Source: an uncultured Alphaproteobacteria bacterium
Lineage (GTDB): Bacteria; Pseudomonadota; Alphaproteobacteria; Rhizobiales; Xanthobacteraceae
Direction of reading: 5' to 3'
Assembly: GCA_963753925.1 (NCBI GenBank)
Contig: CAVWEF010000007.1
Location: 46,436 to 110,435, forward strand
DNA: 64,000 nt
The position numbers were made by a program, and so were the translations under genes. The notes under the pieces are model-generated. The model made no database searches and had not been told where the DNA came from. It was given only the letters and a program-made list of their open reading frames with translations. Each line of letters starts with the position of its first letter. Position 1 is the stretch's first letter. This document shows, in pieces, positions 10,517 through 21,527 of this stretch.

Positions 10517-11335
10517 CTAGCCGAAGCGGCCGGTGATGTAGTCTTGGGTGCGGCGGTCGTTCGGCGTGGTGAAGATCTTGGTGGTCTCGCCGAATTCGAC
10601 CAGTTCGCCCAGATACATGAACGCGGTGAAGTCTGATACGCGCGCCGCCTGCTGCATGTTATGGGTGACAATGACGATGGTGTAATCGTCCTTCAGCTCG
10701 TCGATCAATTCCTCGATCTTGGCGGTGGAGATCGGGTCGAGCGCCGAACATGGCTCATCGAGCAAAATGACTTCCGGCCGCACTGCCACGGTGCGCGCAA
10801 TGCACAGCCGCTGCTGCTGGCCGCCGGAGAGCGACAGGCCATTGGCTCCGAGCTTGTCCTTGACCTCGTCCCACAGCGCCGCGCGCTGCAAGGCATGCTG
10901 GACGCGGCCTTCGAGTTCGGATTTCGGCAGCTTTTCGTAAAGACGGATGCCGAAGGCGATGTTCTCGAAGATGGTCATCGGGAACGGCGTTGGCTTCTGG
11001 AACACCATGCCAACCTTGGCGCGCAGCAAATTGAGGTCCTGCGACGCCGACAGGATATTCTCGCTGTCAAGATGCACGTCGCCGGTGGCGCGTTGATTGG
11101 GATAAAGATCGTACATGCGGTTGAGGATGCGCAGCAGCGTGGACTTGCCGCAGCCCGAGGGGCCGATAAAGGCGGTCACCCGGCCCTGGTAGAGCGAGAC
11201 GTTGATGTTCTTCAGCGCCCGATGGTCGCCGTAGAAAAAATCAAGATTGCGAATGGAAACCTTGTCCGTCAGGCCGTCCATTTCGATCGGCGCGTTGGAA
11301 ACGGTGGGGACGGTGAATGTTGCCATGCTACTCAT
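10517..11335 (-). CDS. pstB: phosphate ABC transporter ATPase
   Basis: [37 protein letters not shown]. Confidence 0.97.
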   Translation of the reverse strand: MSSMATFTVPTVSNAPIEMDGLTDKVSIRNLDFFYGDHRALKNINVSLYQGRVTAFIGPSGCGKSTLLRILNRMYDLYPNQRATGDVHLDSENILSASQDLNLLRAKVGMVFQKPTPFPMTIFENIAFGIRLYEKLPKSELEGRVQHALQRAALWDEVKDKLGANGLSLSGGQQQRLCIARTVAVRPEVILLDEPCSALDPISTAKIEELIDELKDDYTIVIVTHNMQQAARVSDFTAFMYLGELVEFGETTKIFTTPNDRRTQDYITGRFG

Positions 11336-12189
11336 GAGGTCTTTCTCTGTGCGGTGAGGATACGGGCAAAGATGCTGAGAGCAAGCACAGCCAGGGTAAT
11401 GATCAAGGCGCCGGTCCAGGCGAGTTTTTGCCAATCGTTGTAGGGGCTGAGGGCGAATTGGAAGATGACGACCGGCAGGCTGGAAACGGGAGCGTTGAGA
11501 TTGGTGCTCCAGAACTGATTGTTGAGCGCGGTGAACAGCAGCGGCGCGGTCTCGCCGGAAATGCGCGCGATCGCTAGCAGCACGCCGGTGACCATGCCGG
11601 CGCGCGCGGCGCGGTAGGCGATCCTCTGGATCATCAGCGAACGCGGCAGGCCGATCGAAGCGGCCGCCTCGCGCAAGGTATCCGGCACCAGGATGAGCAT
11701 GTCCTCGGTCGTGCGCACCACCACCGGAATGACGATCACTGCGAGCGAGACGGCGCCGGCCCAGCCGGAGAAATGCCCCATCTGCGCGACCATGACCTCA
11801 TAGATGAACAGGCCGATAACGATCGAGGGCGCGCTCAACAGGATGTCGTTGATAAAGCGGACGAAAAAGGTGAGTTTGTCGTAGCGGCCGTATTCGGCCA
11901 TGTAGGTGCCGGCGAGCATGCCGATCGGCGTGCCGAACAGCACGCCGAGGAAGGTCAGCACCAGGCTGCCGGCGATCGGGTTGAGCAGGCCGCCGGCCGA
12001 GCCGGGCGGCGGCGTCATCTGCGTGAACACGGCGATCGACAGCCCGCTGAAGCCCTTCCACAGCAGCACCGCCAGGATCAACACCAGCCAGCTCAGGCCG
12101 AAGGCCGTCGCGCTCAAGGACAGCACCATGCTCACCAGGTTGCTGCGGTGCCGCCTGGCGTAGATCGGGGTGGAAAACGACCGTGCCAT
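11332..12189 (-). CDS. pstA: phosphate ABC transporter permease PstA
   Basis: [25 protein letters not shown]. Confidence 0.95.
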   Translation of the reverse strand: MARSFSTPIYARRHRSNLVSMVLSLSATAFGLSWLVLILAVLLWKGFSGLSIAVFTQMTPPPGSAGGLLNPIAGSLVLTFLGVLFGTPIGMLAGTYMAEYGRYDKLTFFVRFINDILLSAPSIVIGLFIYEVMVAQMGHFSGWAGAVSLAVIVIPVVVRTTEDMLILVPDTLREAAASIGLPRSLMIQRIAYRAARAGMVTGVLLAIARISGETAPLLFTALNNQFWSTNLNAPVSSLPVVIFQFALSPYNDWQKLAWTGALIITLAVLALSIFARILTAQRKTS

Positions 12190-12191
12190 GG

Positions 12192-13187
12192 TTAAGCTCC
12201 GACCCGCGCGTTGAGGCGCATCAGCATGTAGCGGGCGATCGCCAGCACGATGAAGGTGATGACGAACAGGATGAGGCCGAGGGCGATCAGCGACGAGGTG
12301 TAAAGGTCGCCGACCGCTTCGGTGAATTCATTGGCGATGGTCGCCGAGATCGTCGTGCCGGGCGCCAGGATGGAGGCGGAAATGCGGTGAGCGTTGCCGA
12401 TGACGAAGGTCACCGCCATGGTTTCGCCGAGCGCGCGGCCGAGGCCCAGCATGCAGCCGCCGATGACGCCGACCCGGGTAAACGGCAGCACCACGTAGCG
12501 CACGACCTCCCAGGTGGTGCAGCCCAGGCCATAGGCCGCCTCCTTGAGCACCGGCGGCACCGCCTCGAACACGTCACGCGAAATCGAGGTGACGAAGGGC
12601 AGCACCATAACCGCCAGAATCAGTCCGGCGGTGAGCATGCCAATGCCGTAAGGCGGGCCGGCGAACAGACCACCGATGCCGGGGACATTGCCCAGGGTGT
12701 CGATCAGGAACGGCTGGACGTATTGCTGCAGGAACGGCGCGAAGACGAACAGGCCCCAGATGCCGTAGATGATGCTGGGGATGCCCGCGAGCAGCTCGAT
12801 GGCGACGCCGATCGGGCGGCGCAGCCATTTCGGACACAGCTCGGTGAGGAACATGGCGATGAACAGGCCGACCGGCACCGCGATCAACATGGCGATGAAG
12901 GACGTGACGATGGTGCCGTAAATCGGCGCGATGGCGCCGAACTTGTCGGTCACCGGGTTCCAGCTTTCGGCGAAGAGGAACGAGAAGCCGAAGGCGCGCA
13001 TAGCCGGCAGCGAGCCATGGACGAGCGCGACTATAATAGCGCCAAGCAGAAGGAGAACGAAGAGCGCCGAACCACGGGTCAGAGCGCGAAATATCTTGTC
13101 GCCGATGCGCAGCTTTTGCAGAACCTTGGCCCGGTCCGCCTGTTGCGCAGACATCAGAGCCCCGCCTTGCAACGCGACATCAACCAC
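12192..13187 (-). CDS. pstC: phosphate ABC transporter permease PstC
   Basis: [22 protein letters not shown]; GTG start after a GGGAGG SD. Confidence 0.95.
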   Translation of the reverse strand: MVDVALQGGALMSAQQADRAKVLQKLRIGDKIFRALTRGSALFVLLLLGAIIVALVHGSLPAMRAFGFSFLFAESWNPVTDKFGAIAPIYGTIVTSFIAMLIAVPVGLFIAMFLTELCPKWLRRPIGVAIELLAGIPSIIYGIWGLFVFAPFLQQYVQPFLIDTLGNVPGIGGLFAGPPYGIGMLTAGLILAVMVLPFVTSISRDVFEAVPPVLKEAAYGLGCTTWEVVRYVVLPFTRVGVIGGCMLGLGRALGETMAVTFVIGNAHRISASILAPGTTISATIANEFTEAVGDLYTSSLIALGLILFVITFIVLAIARYMLMRLNARVGA

Positions 13188-13306
13188 AGCTTGCCTCCCG
13201 GCGCTCTGCATTCGGCCCTCCCGACCAGTTTGAAGTACCTGCCGGGGACCCACTCAAGCGGCCCGCTAGCCGCATGACAAGCCATCCAGTTCAGGACGGG
13301 GGGACA

Positions 13307-13337
13307 GGAAAAGGCGCCGGGATTTGGCGCCTTTTCC
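13307..13337 (-). terminator. stem-loop between pstS and pstC
   Basis: GGAAAAGGCGCC-N7-GGCGCCTTTTCC. Confidence 0.7.
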
Positions 13338-13352
13338 CATTGTTTATCGAAC

Positions 13353-14388
13353 CTAGAAGACCGGTTTGCCGCTGCTGTCCTTGACCTCTTCCCAATGCGC
13401 ATGGATCAGCTTCACGACACTGTCCGGCATGGGGATATAATCCAGGCTCGACGCCATGGCGTCGCCCTTGTCATAGGCCCAAGAGAAGAACTTGAGCGCT
13501 TCCTTGGTGGCGGCCGGATCACTTCGGTTGCTTTGGCACGAGGATGAAAGTCGCGCCGGCGATCGGCCAGGACTTGGCGCCCGGCGCGTCGGTGAGGATC
13601 ATGTAGAAGCCGGGAGCATGCGCCCAATCGGCACCGGCGGCGGCCGCCATGATCGCTTCTGGAACGGCGCTTACGGTCTTGCCGTCCTTGTTGACCATCT
13701 TCGTCGTGGTCAGGTGATTCTGCTTGGCATATGCGGTTTCGACATAGCCGAGCGCACCCTTGGTGTTGCCGACATTATTGGAAACACCTTCGTTACCCTT
13801 GGCGCCGATGCCTGCCGGCCACTCTACCGAAGTGTTGCTGCCAACCTTGGACTTCCATTCGGGGCTGACTTTCGACAGGTAGTTAGTGAAAATGAAGGTG
13901 GTGCCCGATCCGTCGGAACGATGCACCAGAGCGATCGCCTCGTCGGGGAGTTTCGCATTCGGATTGAGCTTCTTCAGCTCCGGGTCGTTCCACTTCTTGA
14001 TCTCGCCAAGATACATCTTGGCGAGAGTCGGCCCGTCGATGGTGAGTTCATTGGCGTTGATGCCGGCGAGATTGACGACCGGCACGATGCCGCCCATCAC
14101 GGTGGGGAACTGGATGCAGCCGATCTTGTCGAGCGCATCGGGCTCCAACGGCATGTCGGAGGCGCCGAAAGTCACGGTGCGGGCAGTGATCTGCTTGATG
14201 CCGCCGCCGGAACCGATCGACTGATAGTTCAGCCCGTTGCCGGTATCCTTTTTATAGGAATCAGCCCATTTGGCGTAGATCGGATAGGGGAAGGTGGCGC
14301 CGGCGCCGGAAATGTCAGCCGCCTGTGCCGGAACGATAGCAACGGCGGCGATGAAGCCGGCGGCTGCCAATGTCGTCCAATGTTTCAC
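13353..14388 (-). CDS. pstS: phosphate-binding protein PstS (one extra base near 13520)
   Basis: [26 protein letters not shown]. After ILVPKQP the C-terminus ([16 protein letters not shown]...GKPVF*) continues in another frame. Span 1036 nt = 3n+1. Confidence 0.93.
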
Positions 14389-14602
14389 GGGTTCTCTCCA
14401 TGTTTGCTGACAAAGATCGCGCGGGTGCAAGGACCCCCGGACTTCTTCGTGTCTTCGCGCCCCTGTTCGGGCATCGGCGTTGAGTGTTGCTACGCATGAC
14501 AAGTTCGGACTTCGGACGCGGGATTTTGTTGGTGGGTACGCAGTACTTACCGAAGCCTTAAGCAGCCTTAGTCGCCGCTTGTCACGGTTGTATAAACCTT
14601 GG

Positions 14603-14620
14603 GTGACAATCACATGACAA
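14603..14620 (-). promoter_or_regulatory. Pho box upstream of pstS
   Basis: Minus strand TTGTCAT-GTGA-TTGTCAC, matching the CTGTCAT-N4-CTGTCAT consensus. Confidence 0.75.
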
Positions 14621-14636
14621 AGCAACCATTTGATTT

Positions 14637-15872
14637 TTATGATATTTCGCCGATTTGCCCGATTTCGTCGGTGGCCAACGGCAAATTCATGGTGAAGGTG
14701 GCGCCCTCGCCTCGCGTGCTCTCGATGCTCACCCGGCCGCCGTGCCGGTTGAGCACGTGCTTGACCAGCGCGAGGCCCAATCCGGTGCCGCCCTGGGCGC
14801 GGCTGTCGGCAACATCGACCCGGTAGAAGCGTTCGGTCAGGCGCGGCAAGTGGTCGGGGGCAATACCCGGACCGTAGTCGCGCACTGCGATCTGCACCTC
14901 CGTCGTCCCCGCGCGCGTCAGCGCCCGGCTCAAGGTGACGTCGACGCGTTTGCCGGCGGCGCCGTATTTCAGCGCGTTCTCCACCAGATTTTCCAGGGCG
15001 CGGATCAATTCGTCGCGGTCACCGAGCACGACCAGGGGATCGTCCGGCGCGACGACCTTGATTTCGACCCCGCGGTCGCGCGCCAGCGTCTGCAGGCCGT
15101 CGGCCACCTGGCGCACGATCGGCGCGAGGTCAATCGGCGTATTCGGCTTGAGATGCGCGTTAAGTTCGATGCGCGACAGCGACAGCAGGTCGTCGATCAG
15201 CCGCGCCATACGCGTCGCCTGTCCCTGCATGATGGCGAGGAACTTGGCGCGAGCCGCGGGATCCTCCTTGGCGCTGCCCTGCAGCGTTTCGATGAAGCCA
15301 AGCAAGGCGGCGAGCGGCGTGCGCAATTCGTGGCTGGCATTGGCGATGAAGTCGGCGCGCATTTCCTCGACCCGGCGCACCGGCGTAAGGTCATTAAACG
15401 TCATCAGCAAAATATCGGAGCGCCCGTCGCCGCCGGTCGCCAGCGTCACCGGGGTGACGAAGGCCTCGAACCAGCGGTCGAGCGGCACGCGCTCGAAAAA
15501 CTCCACACGCTGCGGCGCCTGCGAGGCGGCGGCGCGGCGGACCGCCTCGACCAGTTCCGGCATGCGCAAGGTGATCAAGGCCGGCTCGCCGCGGCGCAAG
15601 GCCGGAGCGATACCGCTCGCCGCCGCGTTGAAAGCGATGACGCGACCGTCGCGGTCGAGCACAATGGCCGGGTCGGGCAAGCCGCCGATCAGGGATTCCA
15701 TCAGCAACGCTTGCGGGTGCGCGACGGAGCGGCCGCCGGCAAACGCCGCGCCCCCGGCATTTGCCACCCCGCCCGAGCGGCCGAGCAGCGCCGCCCAGGC
15801 GCCGCGCAACCGGCTCGGCCAACTCGCACCGCCCGGAAAATTCGCGCTGTCCTCGTCGATCGCCATGGTCAT
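14637..15872 (-). CDS. phoR: phosphate sensor histidine kinase PhoR
   Basis: PAS domain; [14 protein letters not shown]; ENALKY; [10 protein letters not shown]; [11 protein letters not shown]; adjacent to pst operon. Confidence 0.9.
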   Translation of the reverse strand: MTMAIDEDSANFPGGASWPSRLRGAWAALLGRSGGVANAGGAAFAGGRSVAHPQALLMESLIGGLPDPAIVLDRDGRVIAFNAAASGIAPALRRGEPALITLRMPELVEAVRRAAASQAPQRVEFFERVPLDRWFEAFVTPVTLATGGDGRSDILLMTFNDLTPVRRVEEMRADFIANASHELRTPLAALLGFIETLQGSAKEDPAARAKFLAIMQGQATRMARLIDDLLSLSRIELNAHLKPNTPIDLAPIVRQVADGLQTLARDRGVEIKVVAPDDPLVVLGDRDELIRALENLVENALKYGAAGKRVDVTLSRALTRAGTTEVQIAVRDYGPGIAPDHLPRLTERFYRVDVADSRAQGGTGLGLALVKHVLNRHGGRVSIESTRGEGATFTMNLPLATDEIGQIGEIS

Positions 15873-16924
15873 TCAGCGTCGGTTTTTTCGATCTCAAGTT
15901 CGCTGCGGATCGGCGCCGTGGCAGCCGGCGCCGTCTGCGCCGGCGGCGGCTTCTTGGCGTGCCGCACGCTCAGCCATATTTCGCGCGTGCCCAGGATCGC
16001 CAGCGCAATCACGAACGGCGTAAAATAATAGAGCAGCCGGAACAGCAACAACCCGGCCACGACATCCTCCTTGTCGTATTGCCACAGCGCCACCAGCATG
16101 GCGGCATCGAATACGCCGATACCTCCGGGGGCATGGCTGGCAAAGCCGAGCAGCGTCGCGGTGACGAACACCACGACTACCGCAACAAACCCGATATTCG
16201 GTTCGGACGGCAGCAACAGGTACATGGCGATCGCGCAACAGCCGAGATCGAAAATGCCGATGGCAATCTGCACCAGCGTCGATGGACCGTCCGGCAGCCG
16301 TACCTGCCAGCCGCGCTGACCGATGACGCGTGGCGCGCTCCACACCCAGGCAACATAAGATGCCAGCACAACCAGCATGGCGATGCCGATATCGCGGTTG
16401 ATCCAGGCTGGCAGACGATCGATGGGGCTGGCGGCCTCCGGCGAGTGCAGAATTCCGAGACCGAGCACGGTGGCGTTGCCGAGCCAAAATGTTAGGCCCG
16501 CGATAAAGCAGATCTTCGCCACCTCGACGGCATCGAGCCCGTAAGCCGAATAGATGCGGTAGCGCACGGCGCCGCCGGTGAATACGGTGGCGCCAATATT
16601 GTGGCCGATCGAGTAGCTGGTGAAGCCGGAGAGCGCGGCGATGCGGTAGGGAATTTCGCCGCGGCCAATCGTGCGCAGCGCGAACCAGTCGTAGAATGTC
16701 AGCGCGAAATAGCCGCCGGCGACGAACACTGCCGCGCCGGCGATCTGGTGCGGGCGGGTGGCCTTCAAAGCGGCGAGGATCTGATCGATGTCGATATCGC
16801 GCAGCATGTGGAATAGCACCACCACCGCCACGCCGATAATGGCGAGGCTGAGCAGCACGCCGATGCGATTCCAGCCGACGGTGTCCTGAAGGAACCGCGC
16901 TACCGCGCGCAGCGAATTGAGCAT
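15869..16924 (-). CDS. lysylphosphatidylglycerol-synthase TM domain (UPF0104/YbhN-like) protein
   Basis: GGAVRYRIYS, HAPGGIGVFDA, LLLFRLLYY. Confidence 0.85.
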   Translation of the reverse strand: MLNSLRAVARFLQDTVGWNRIGVLLSLAIIGVAVVVLFHMLRDIDIDQILAALKATRPHQIAGAAVFVAGGYFALTFYDWFALRTIGRGEIPYRIAALSGFTSYSIGHNIGATVFTGGAVRYRIYSAYGLDAVEVAKICFIAGLTFWLGNATVLGLGILHSPEAASPIDRLPAWINRDIGIAMLVVLASYVAWVWSAPRVIGQRGWQVRLPDGPSTLVQIAIGIFDLGCCAIAMYLLLPSEPNIGFVAVVVVFVTATLLGFASHAPGGIGVFDAAMLVALWQYDKEDVVAGLLLFRLLYYFTPFVIALAILGTREIWLSVRHAKKPPPAQTAPAATAPIRSELEIEKTDAE

Positions 16925-17283
16925 TCTTCCTCCGCGTCGGCGAGCGGGAACCCGGCGCATTTCCCCTCGCCGCCGCGCGCCTTGCCAGCGCGCTCACCTG
17001 CGACCCAGTAGCAGAACTCAAACCATGGCGCGAGGGCAATGCCCAGGCAAACTCGACGATCAAAACGGATCAGCCGCGAGCCAAAACGCGACGCCGGTGC
17101 GTGCCGTGGCCATCCCGACCGCCGGGTTGCGCCGATGGCCGCGTTAACTTGCTCAAGGCCCGATTAAAGGCGAACCTAGACGCGCCAGTCCCAATCCGGG
17201 ACACGGCGGCAGCAATTTTGTTTGATTTTGCCTGAACCTAGCGGCCTTCACCCACGACTTATCCACGAGCCGACCGCCTGCCG

Positions 17284-17844
17284 ATGCAAACGACTTCGGA
17301 CGAGGTCCTGATCGCGCGGATCGCCAAAGGCGACCGGCTCGCCATGCAGGTACTGTTCGCGCGGCACCATGTGCGGGTGTACCGGTTCGTGCTGTGGCTG
17401 GTGCGCAATGAAGCGACCGCGGAGGACCTGATCAGCGAGGTGTTCCTCGACATCTGGCGGCAAGCCGGAAAATTCGAGGGCCGCTCCGCGGTGTCGACCT
17501 GGATGCTGGGCATCGCCCGCTTCAAGGCGTTGTCGGCGCTGCGGCGCAGGCCGGAGGAGGAACTGGATGAGGAGACGGCGGCGGGAATCTTGGATCAATC
17601 CGACGATCCGGAGACCGCGCTGGCGAAGAAGGACAAAGGCGCGGTGATGCGGCAATGCCTGACGGGATTGTCGACCGAGCACAGAGAGATCATCGACCTC
17701 GTCTACTACCACGAGACGTCGGTGGAGGAAGCGGCGGGAATCATCGGTATTCCCGAGGCGACGGTGAAGACGCGGATGTTTTATGCGCGCAAGAAATTGT
17801 CGGAGCTCCTGAAGGAGCGCGGTATCGATCGAGGTTGGCCATGA
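17284..17844 (+). CDS. ECF RNA polymerase sigma factor
   Basis: AEDLISEVFLDIW (region 2); IPEATVKTRMFYARKKL (region 4). Confidence 0.93.
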   Translation: MQTTSDEVLIARIAKGDRLAMQVLFARHHVRVYRFVLWLVRNEATAEDLISEVFLDIWRQAGKFEGRSAVSTWMLGIARFKALSALRRRPEEELDEETAAGILDQSDDPETALAKKDKGAVMRQCLTGLSTEHREIIDLVYYHETSVEEAAGIIGIPEATVKTRMFYARKKLSELLKERGIDRGWP

Positions 17845-18509
17845 ATGCCGTGAACGAAAGCGAGCGCAAGGATATCGAGGAGCTGCTGCCGTGGCACGCA
17901 GCCGGCACCTTGAGCCGGCGCGACGCGCAGCGGGTCGAGGCCGCGCTGGCGAACGATCCCGAGCTTGCGCGGCGCTACGAACTGGTGCGCGAGGAGCTTG
18001 CGCAGACCATCCAGCTCAACGAAACGCTAGACGCGCCGTCAACGCGCGCGATGGAAAAATTGTTCGCCAAGATCGACGCCGAGCCTGCGCGCAAGGCGGC
18101 ATCGCTCGATCTCGGCGTTCGCATCGGCGAGTTTTTTGCTCGCCTCAAGCCGCGCACTTTGGCGTGGTCGGCGGCGCTCGCCGCGGTTGCCATTCTGCTG
18201 CAAGCAGGTTTCATCGCCAACGTCGTGCTTAAGGGCAAGGGCGGGGGCGGCTACGAAACGGCTTCCGCGCCCGCCGCCGTCAAGGGCGAAGGCGCGTATG
18301 CGTTGATCCGCTTCCAGCCGCAGGCCGGCGCCGCCGACATCACAAAATTTCTCGAAACGAACAAATTGACACTGACCGGCGGGCCGATGGCGGGCGGGCT
18401 CTACCGGGTGAAAGTGGCGCCGCAACCGCTGGCGAAGAACGCGCTCGCCGATCTGATCGAGAAACTACAACAGGATAAGGTCGTCGCTTTCATTGCCGCG
18501 ACCGAATGA
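17841..18509 (+). CDS. putative membrane anti-sigma factor
   Basis: ATGA overlap with the sigma gene; EELLPWHAAGTL anti-sigma-like N-terminus; one TM helix; periplasmic C-terminal domain. Confidence 0.75.
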   Translation: MNAVNESERKDIEELLPWHAAGTLSRRDAQRVEAALANDPELARRYELVREELAQTIQLNETLDAPSTRAMEKLFAKIDAEPARKAASLDLGVRIGEFFARLKPRTLAWSAALAAVAILLQAGFIANVVLKGKGGGGYETASAPAAVKGEGAYALIRFQPQAGAADITKFLETNKLTLTGGPMAGGLYRVKVAPQPLAKNALADLIEKLQQDKVVAFIAATE

Positions 18510-18512
18510 GCG

Positions 18513-18848
18513 GTGATGCGCTGGGCGATGACCCTCATGGTGGTGGCCGCGCTGACGGCGACCGCAAGCGGCAGCGCCCTCGCGCAGATGGCCTTTCCGA
18601 GGTCCGGCACGGTCACGAATGAAGTGCTGATCGAAGTCGTCAATCCAACGAGCCGGCGGACGATCAGTGCGCTGATGCGCCGGCACCGCCTGACCGGCCT
18701 TGAAGCGCACAGGTCGCAGCTTGCCGGCACGACGGTCTATCGCGGGCGCATCCGCGGCCATCGCTCGCTCGCCAATGTCGTGCGTTCGCTCAAGCGCGAG
18801 GGGGCAGTTGCCTCGGCGCAGCCGAACAACGTGTTCAGGCAACAATAA
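18513..18848 (+). CDS. secreted protein resembling a subtilase (S8) pro-domain, without catalytic domain
   Basis: Signal peptide; NEVLIEV...RRHRL...TTVYR...SAQPNNVF pattern recognised from rhizobial S8 propeptides. Confidence 0.55.
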   Translation: MMRWAMTLMVVAALTATASGSALAQMAFPRSGTVTNEVLIEVVNPTSRRTISALMRRHRLTGLEAHRSQLAGTTVYRGRIRGHRSLANVVRSLKREGAVASAQPNNVFRQQ

Positions 18849-18866
18849 GACGCATACGCGGCATCG

Positions 18867-19187
18867 CTACTGCTGGATCGTGCGCAGATAAGCGCGCACC
18901 GCGTTGGCGTCGTCTTCGCTGAATTTGAATTCCGGCATGTCGGGATGATCGGAGGAAATGCCGCGCTCGAGCAGGCGGGGAAACTCGTCGAGATCGAAGC
19001 TGCGGCCGAGCGTGCGGAACGGCTGCGCGCCGGCGTGCCGGCTGCGGTCGGATTTGCCGATGGCGTGACAGGAGGCGCAGAATTCCTGGAGCAGCGCGCG
19101 GCCTTGCCGGGCCGGCTGCTGGGCTTGCGCGGCGGCGCACGGCGTGAGGAGTGCGATGAGGAGCGAAAGTGAAATGACCGGCCGCAT
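18867..19187 (-). CDS. monoheme c-type cytochrome
   Basis: Signal peptide, CASCH, HPDMPEF distal Met. Confidence 0.88.
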   Translation of the reverse strand: MRPVISLSLLIALLTPCAAAQAQQPARQGRALLQEFCASCHAIGKSDRSRHAGAQPFRTLGRSFDLDEFPRLLERGISSDHPDMPEFKFSEDDANAVRAYLRTIQQ

Positions 19188-19209
19188 GGCACCTCGGACC
19201 TTGGATTGC

Positions 19210-19254
19210 TGGCGCGCCGGAAGGGATTCTAACCCCTGACCCCCAGATTCGAAG
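19210..19254 (-). repeat. att site: copy of the 3' half of tRNA-Arg(TCG)
   Basis: 44/45 identical to 27807-27851. Confidence 0.92.
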
Positions 19255-19539
19255 GCGCCATACATCCCTAGAACTACCTGCCCTTTTTTGTAAACGGTCG
19301 GATTTGCGATGATTAGAAATCAATGGGTTAGGCGCTCAATTGTAAACCGTGCGGGCCCTGTTTGTTGCGCAATGTCAGGGATTCTGCATAGCCGTTATTG
19401 GAGCCGACGTGAACGATTGGCGAGTCGACCCGTGAACGCGTAAGATTTTTACCCGTTATCCTCGCATCTGATCAACTTTAATCATTTTAAACCGATAGCC
19501 TTTAGAATGAAGGCTGCATTAAATTAAAGCGTGCAGCCG

Positions 19540-19800
19540 ATGTTCAAAATGTTCGGAAATAAGGGCCGCGGTAAGCCTAAAACCGTCGAACGTGAGTTTT
19601 CGCACGTTGTCGAGATTGCAGTTCCTCCGAGCGGGCTCGGCAAGCGGCTCGATGCTATGCACGCGTTCCACTCCGCTCGCCACTTCAAACCATGCCTTGG
19701 ACGGGGTCGCCGAGAAGGCCGCGACCATCTTCGTTGGTATTTTTCAGACTCGACAATGGCGGCGGATTTTGCGGCTAAGTTTCGCGGCAGGCGGGCTTGA
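19540..19800 (+). CDS. hypothetical protein
   Basis: Protein-like ORF (EREFSHVVEIAVPPSGLGKRLDAMHAFH...RWYF). Confidence 0.6.
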   Translation: MFKMFGNKGRGKPKTVEREFSHVVEIAVPPSGLGKRLDAMHAFHSARHFKPCLGRGRREGRDHLRWYFSDSTMAADFAAKFRGRRA

Positions 19801-19941
19801 CACTAAGCGTTAGGTGAAAATCGGTTTCGGACGACTCGGTTTTGGACGCGCCATGCCCCATAGTCATGGCACCGCGCGACGCAACGAAAGAAACTGGCAG
19901 CCGTCGAAATGATGATATGATGCATTGCGAAGGAATGATCT

Positions 19942-20211
19942 GTGCGATCCGTGGGCATAATTTTCCTGATTTTTTGCGCAGCTTTTGGCGCATCGGTGGG
20001 TTATGCAGAAGATAACAACAAGCAGACCCTATCGTTGGACGCTCTGCATGTCCCGCTTGTTCCGCCCGATTCAACGCTAACTTTAGCGCCTGACCAACCT
20101 ACGCCGGGTGTTACGCCGCAGACTGGTTACGTTTCAGTTCCCGCAAAGAACGGCCTGCAAACTCCATTTCTTGGCCTATCGATTAAAACGCCACTCGATT
20201 TCCAAAAATAA
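19942..20211 (+). CDS. small secreted hypothetical protein
   Basis: Signal-peptide-like N-terminus; ends PFLGLSIKTPL. Confidence 0.6.
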   Translation: MRSVGIIFLIFCAAFGASVGYAEDNNKQTLSLDALHVPLVPPDSTLTLAPDQPTPGVTPQTGYVSVPAKNGLQTPFLGLSIKTPLDFQK

Positions 20212-20244
20212 GTCAGCACGCGGAATCTTCTGTCGCGACCTACA

Positions 20245-21039
20245 TTAATGTTCAGTATCCCGACGAGCCTCTTCATATGCCGCAAAAATAATTTCTTTGC
20301 CGTACTTTCGTTCGAGTCTTCGAACGGTGAAATGCCCTCGAGCGACTGATTGGAAGTGATCGATAAATGCATAATTGACGGCTGCGCCGCCAAGCGCCCC
20401 GATGACCGGAATGGTCTGCGCTGCCGCTTTCTGGCTAACGACCGCTCCGAACCGCGAGGCTACTTGAGTGATCAATCGGACAAGAATTGGACTGCCTTCC
20501 TCGATGACGCCTCGTTCGGCAATAAAGCGTGCAGCTTCGGTGACGGATTTCGCCAGAATCCCACGTATGACGAAATAGTCGCTTTTCGCTGCATCGTCCT
20601 TCTCTGTCCGACCACCGAGGCCAAATACCTCTACACATGAGAGAGTCGTTTCGGGATCGGCTAAATTCTCGCCCTCGCTTCGAGCGATATCGAGAATTGA
20701 ACGCAGAATAATGATTGTCGAGACAGGGAGCTCAATAGGCAGCGAAACAATGCCAAGCGCGCCGCCTGCGGCACCTGAAGCAACTGCTAAGGCCCTATGT
20801 AGCAGCTGCGAGCTTTCTTGAGGCCCACTTCGAATCGTAAGCTGCGCGACCTTTACAGCCGCTTCAAGGCTTTTTGTCGTGGCCGTCGCTATCGCTTGCG
20901 AAGCACCGGCAGGCAGAGCCCGTCCCAATAGTTCAACGGGCTTTCCGACCATATTGGTAAGGCGTGCAGCCAAGCTCGGATGCTCAAGCAACCTAACCGC
21001 GTTGCGAAGCGCATCGGCGTCGTCACTATCGATGGGCAT
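20245..21039 (-). CDS. EcsC-family protein
   Basis: ELPVSTIIILRSILDIARSEGE, PVIGALGGAAVNYAF, RRLERKYG. Confidence 0.85.
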   Translation of the reverse strand: MPIDSDDADALRNAVRLLEHPSLAARLTNMVGKPVELLGRALPAGASQAIATATTKSLEAAVKVAQLTIRSGPQESSQLLHRALAVASGAAGGALGIVSLPIELPVSTIIILRSILDIARSEGENLADPETTLSCVEVFGLGGRTEKDDAAKSDYFVIRGILAKSVTEAARFIAERGVIEEGSPILVRLITQVASRFGAVVSQKAAAQTIPVIGALGGAAVNYAFIDHFQSVARGHFTVRRLERKYGKEIIFAAYEEARRDTEH

Positions 21040-21185
21040 CGGCCGATCTTCACACGGAACACGCGGTGAACAAAGTCCATGAATTTTCCACGGTTCCAGA
21101 TGTCGTCTTCGCGTTTCGTTCTGTTTTGAATTGCCGAGATCGGTGCGGGCTCAGCGAGAAAAATCACTGAAAACAGCGCATTAAA

Positions 21186-21240
21186 TGGTGGGCGCTGTAG
21201 GGATTGAACCTACGGCCTCTCCCGTGCGAAGGGCATGCTC
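21186..21240 (-). pseudogene. degenerate 3' portion of a tRNA-Val-like gene (old att site)
   Basis: Minus strand ...CCCTTCGCACGGGAGAGGCCGTAGGTTCAATCCCTACAGCGCCCACCA: intact T-arm and CCA, no 5' half. Confidence 0.65.
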
Positions 21241-21245
21241 ACCCT

Positions 21246-21452
21246 TTAATCGAGCTTGATCCCCAACAAGACCTCCAACCCATGAATTCGGCAATATAGA
21301 TCAGCTGTAAAGCTTGGCTCGACCACCCCGTTCTTTGACCGTCCGCGACCACAGTTGTTTTCAGCCTGGGGGCACGTGCAACCACGTTCAACAGCACCCG
21401 GGGACCCTGGGTTATATTTTAGAAAATCATTGTCTGCCTCGATTTGGGTCAT
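21246..21452 (-). CDS. small Cys/His putative zinc-binding protein (copy 1)
   Basis: NPGS...GCTCP...C.IHG; GGAG SD; second copy nearby. Confidence 0.75.
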   Translation of the reverse strand: MTQIEADNDFLKYNPGSPGAVERGCTCPQAENNCGRGRSKNGVVEPSFTADLYCRIHGLEVLLGIKLD

Positions 21453-21527
21453 GAGTTAGCTCCATTGTTGAGATGAAATTCTGCCGCGTGCCTATACTGC
21501 GGACATGAACCACTGAAGGTGCGACGA

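Noticed and set aside
3453-16028. Long plus-strand ORFs (e.g. 4318-5748, 5259-6473, 8165-9925, 14655-16028)
   Set aside because: Antisense shadows of recognised GC-rich genes with no family motifs.
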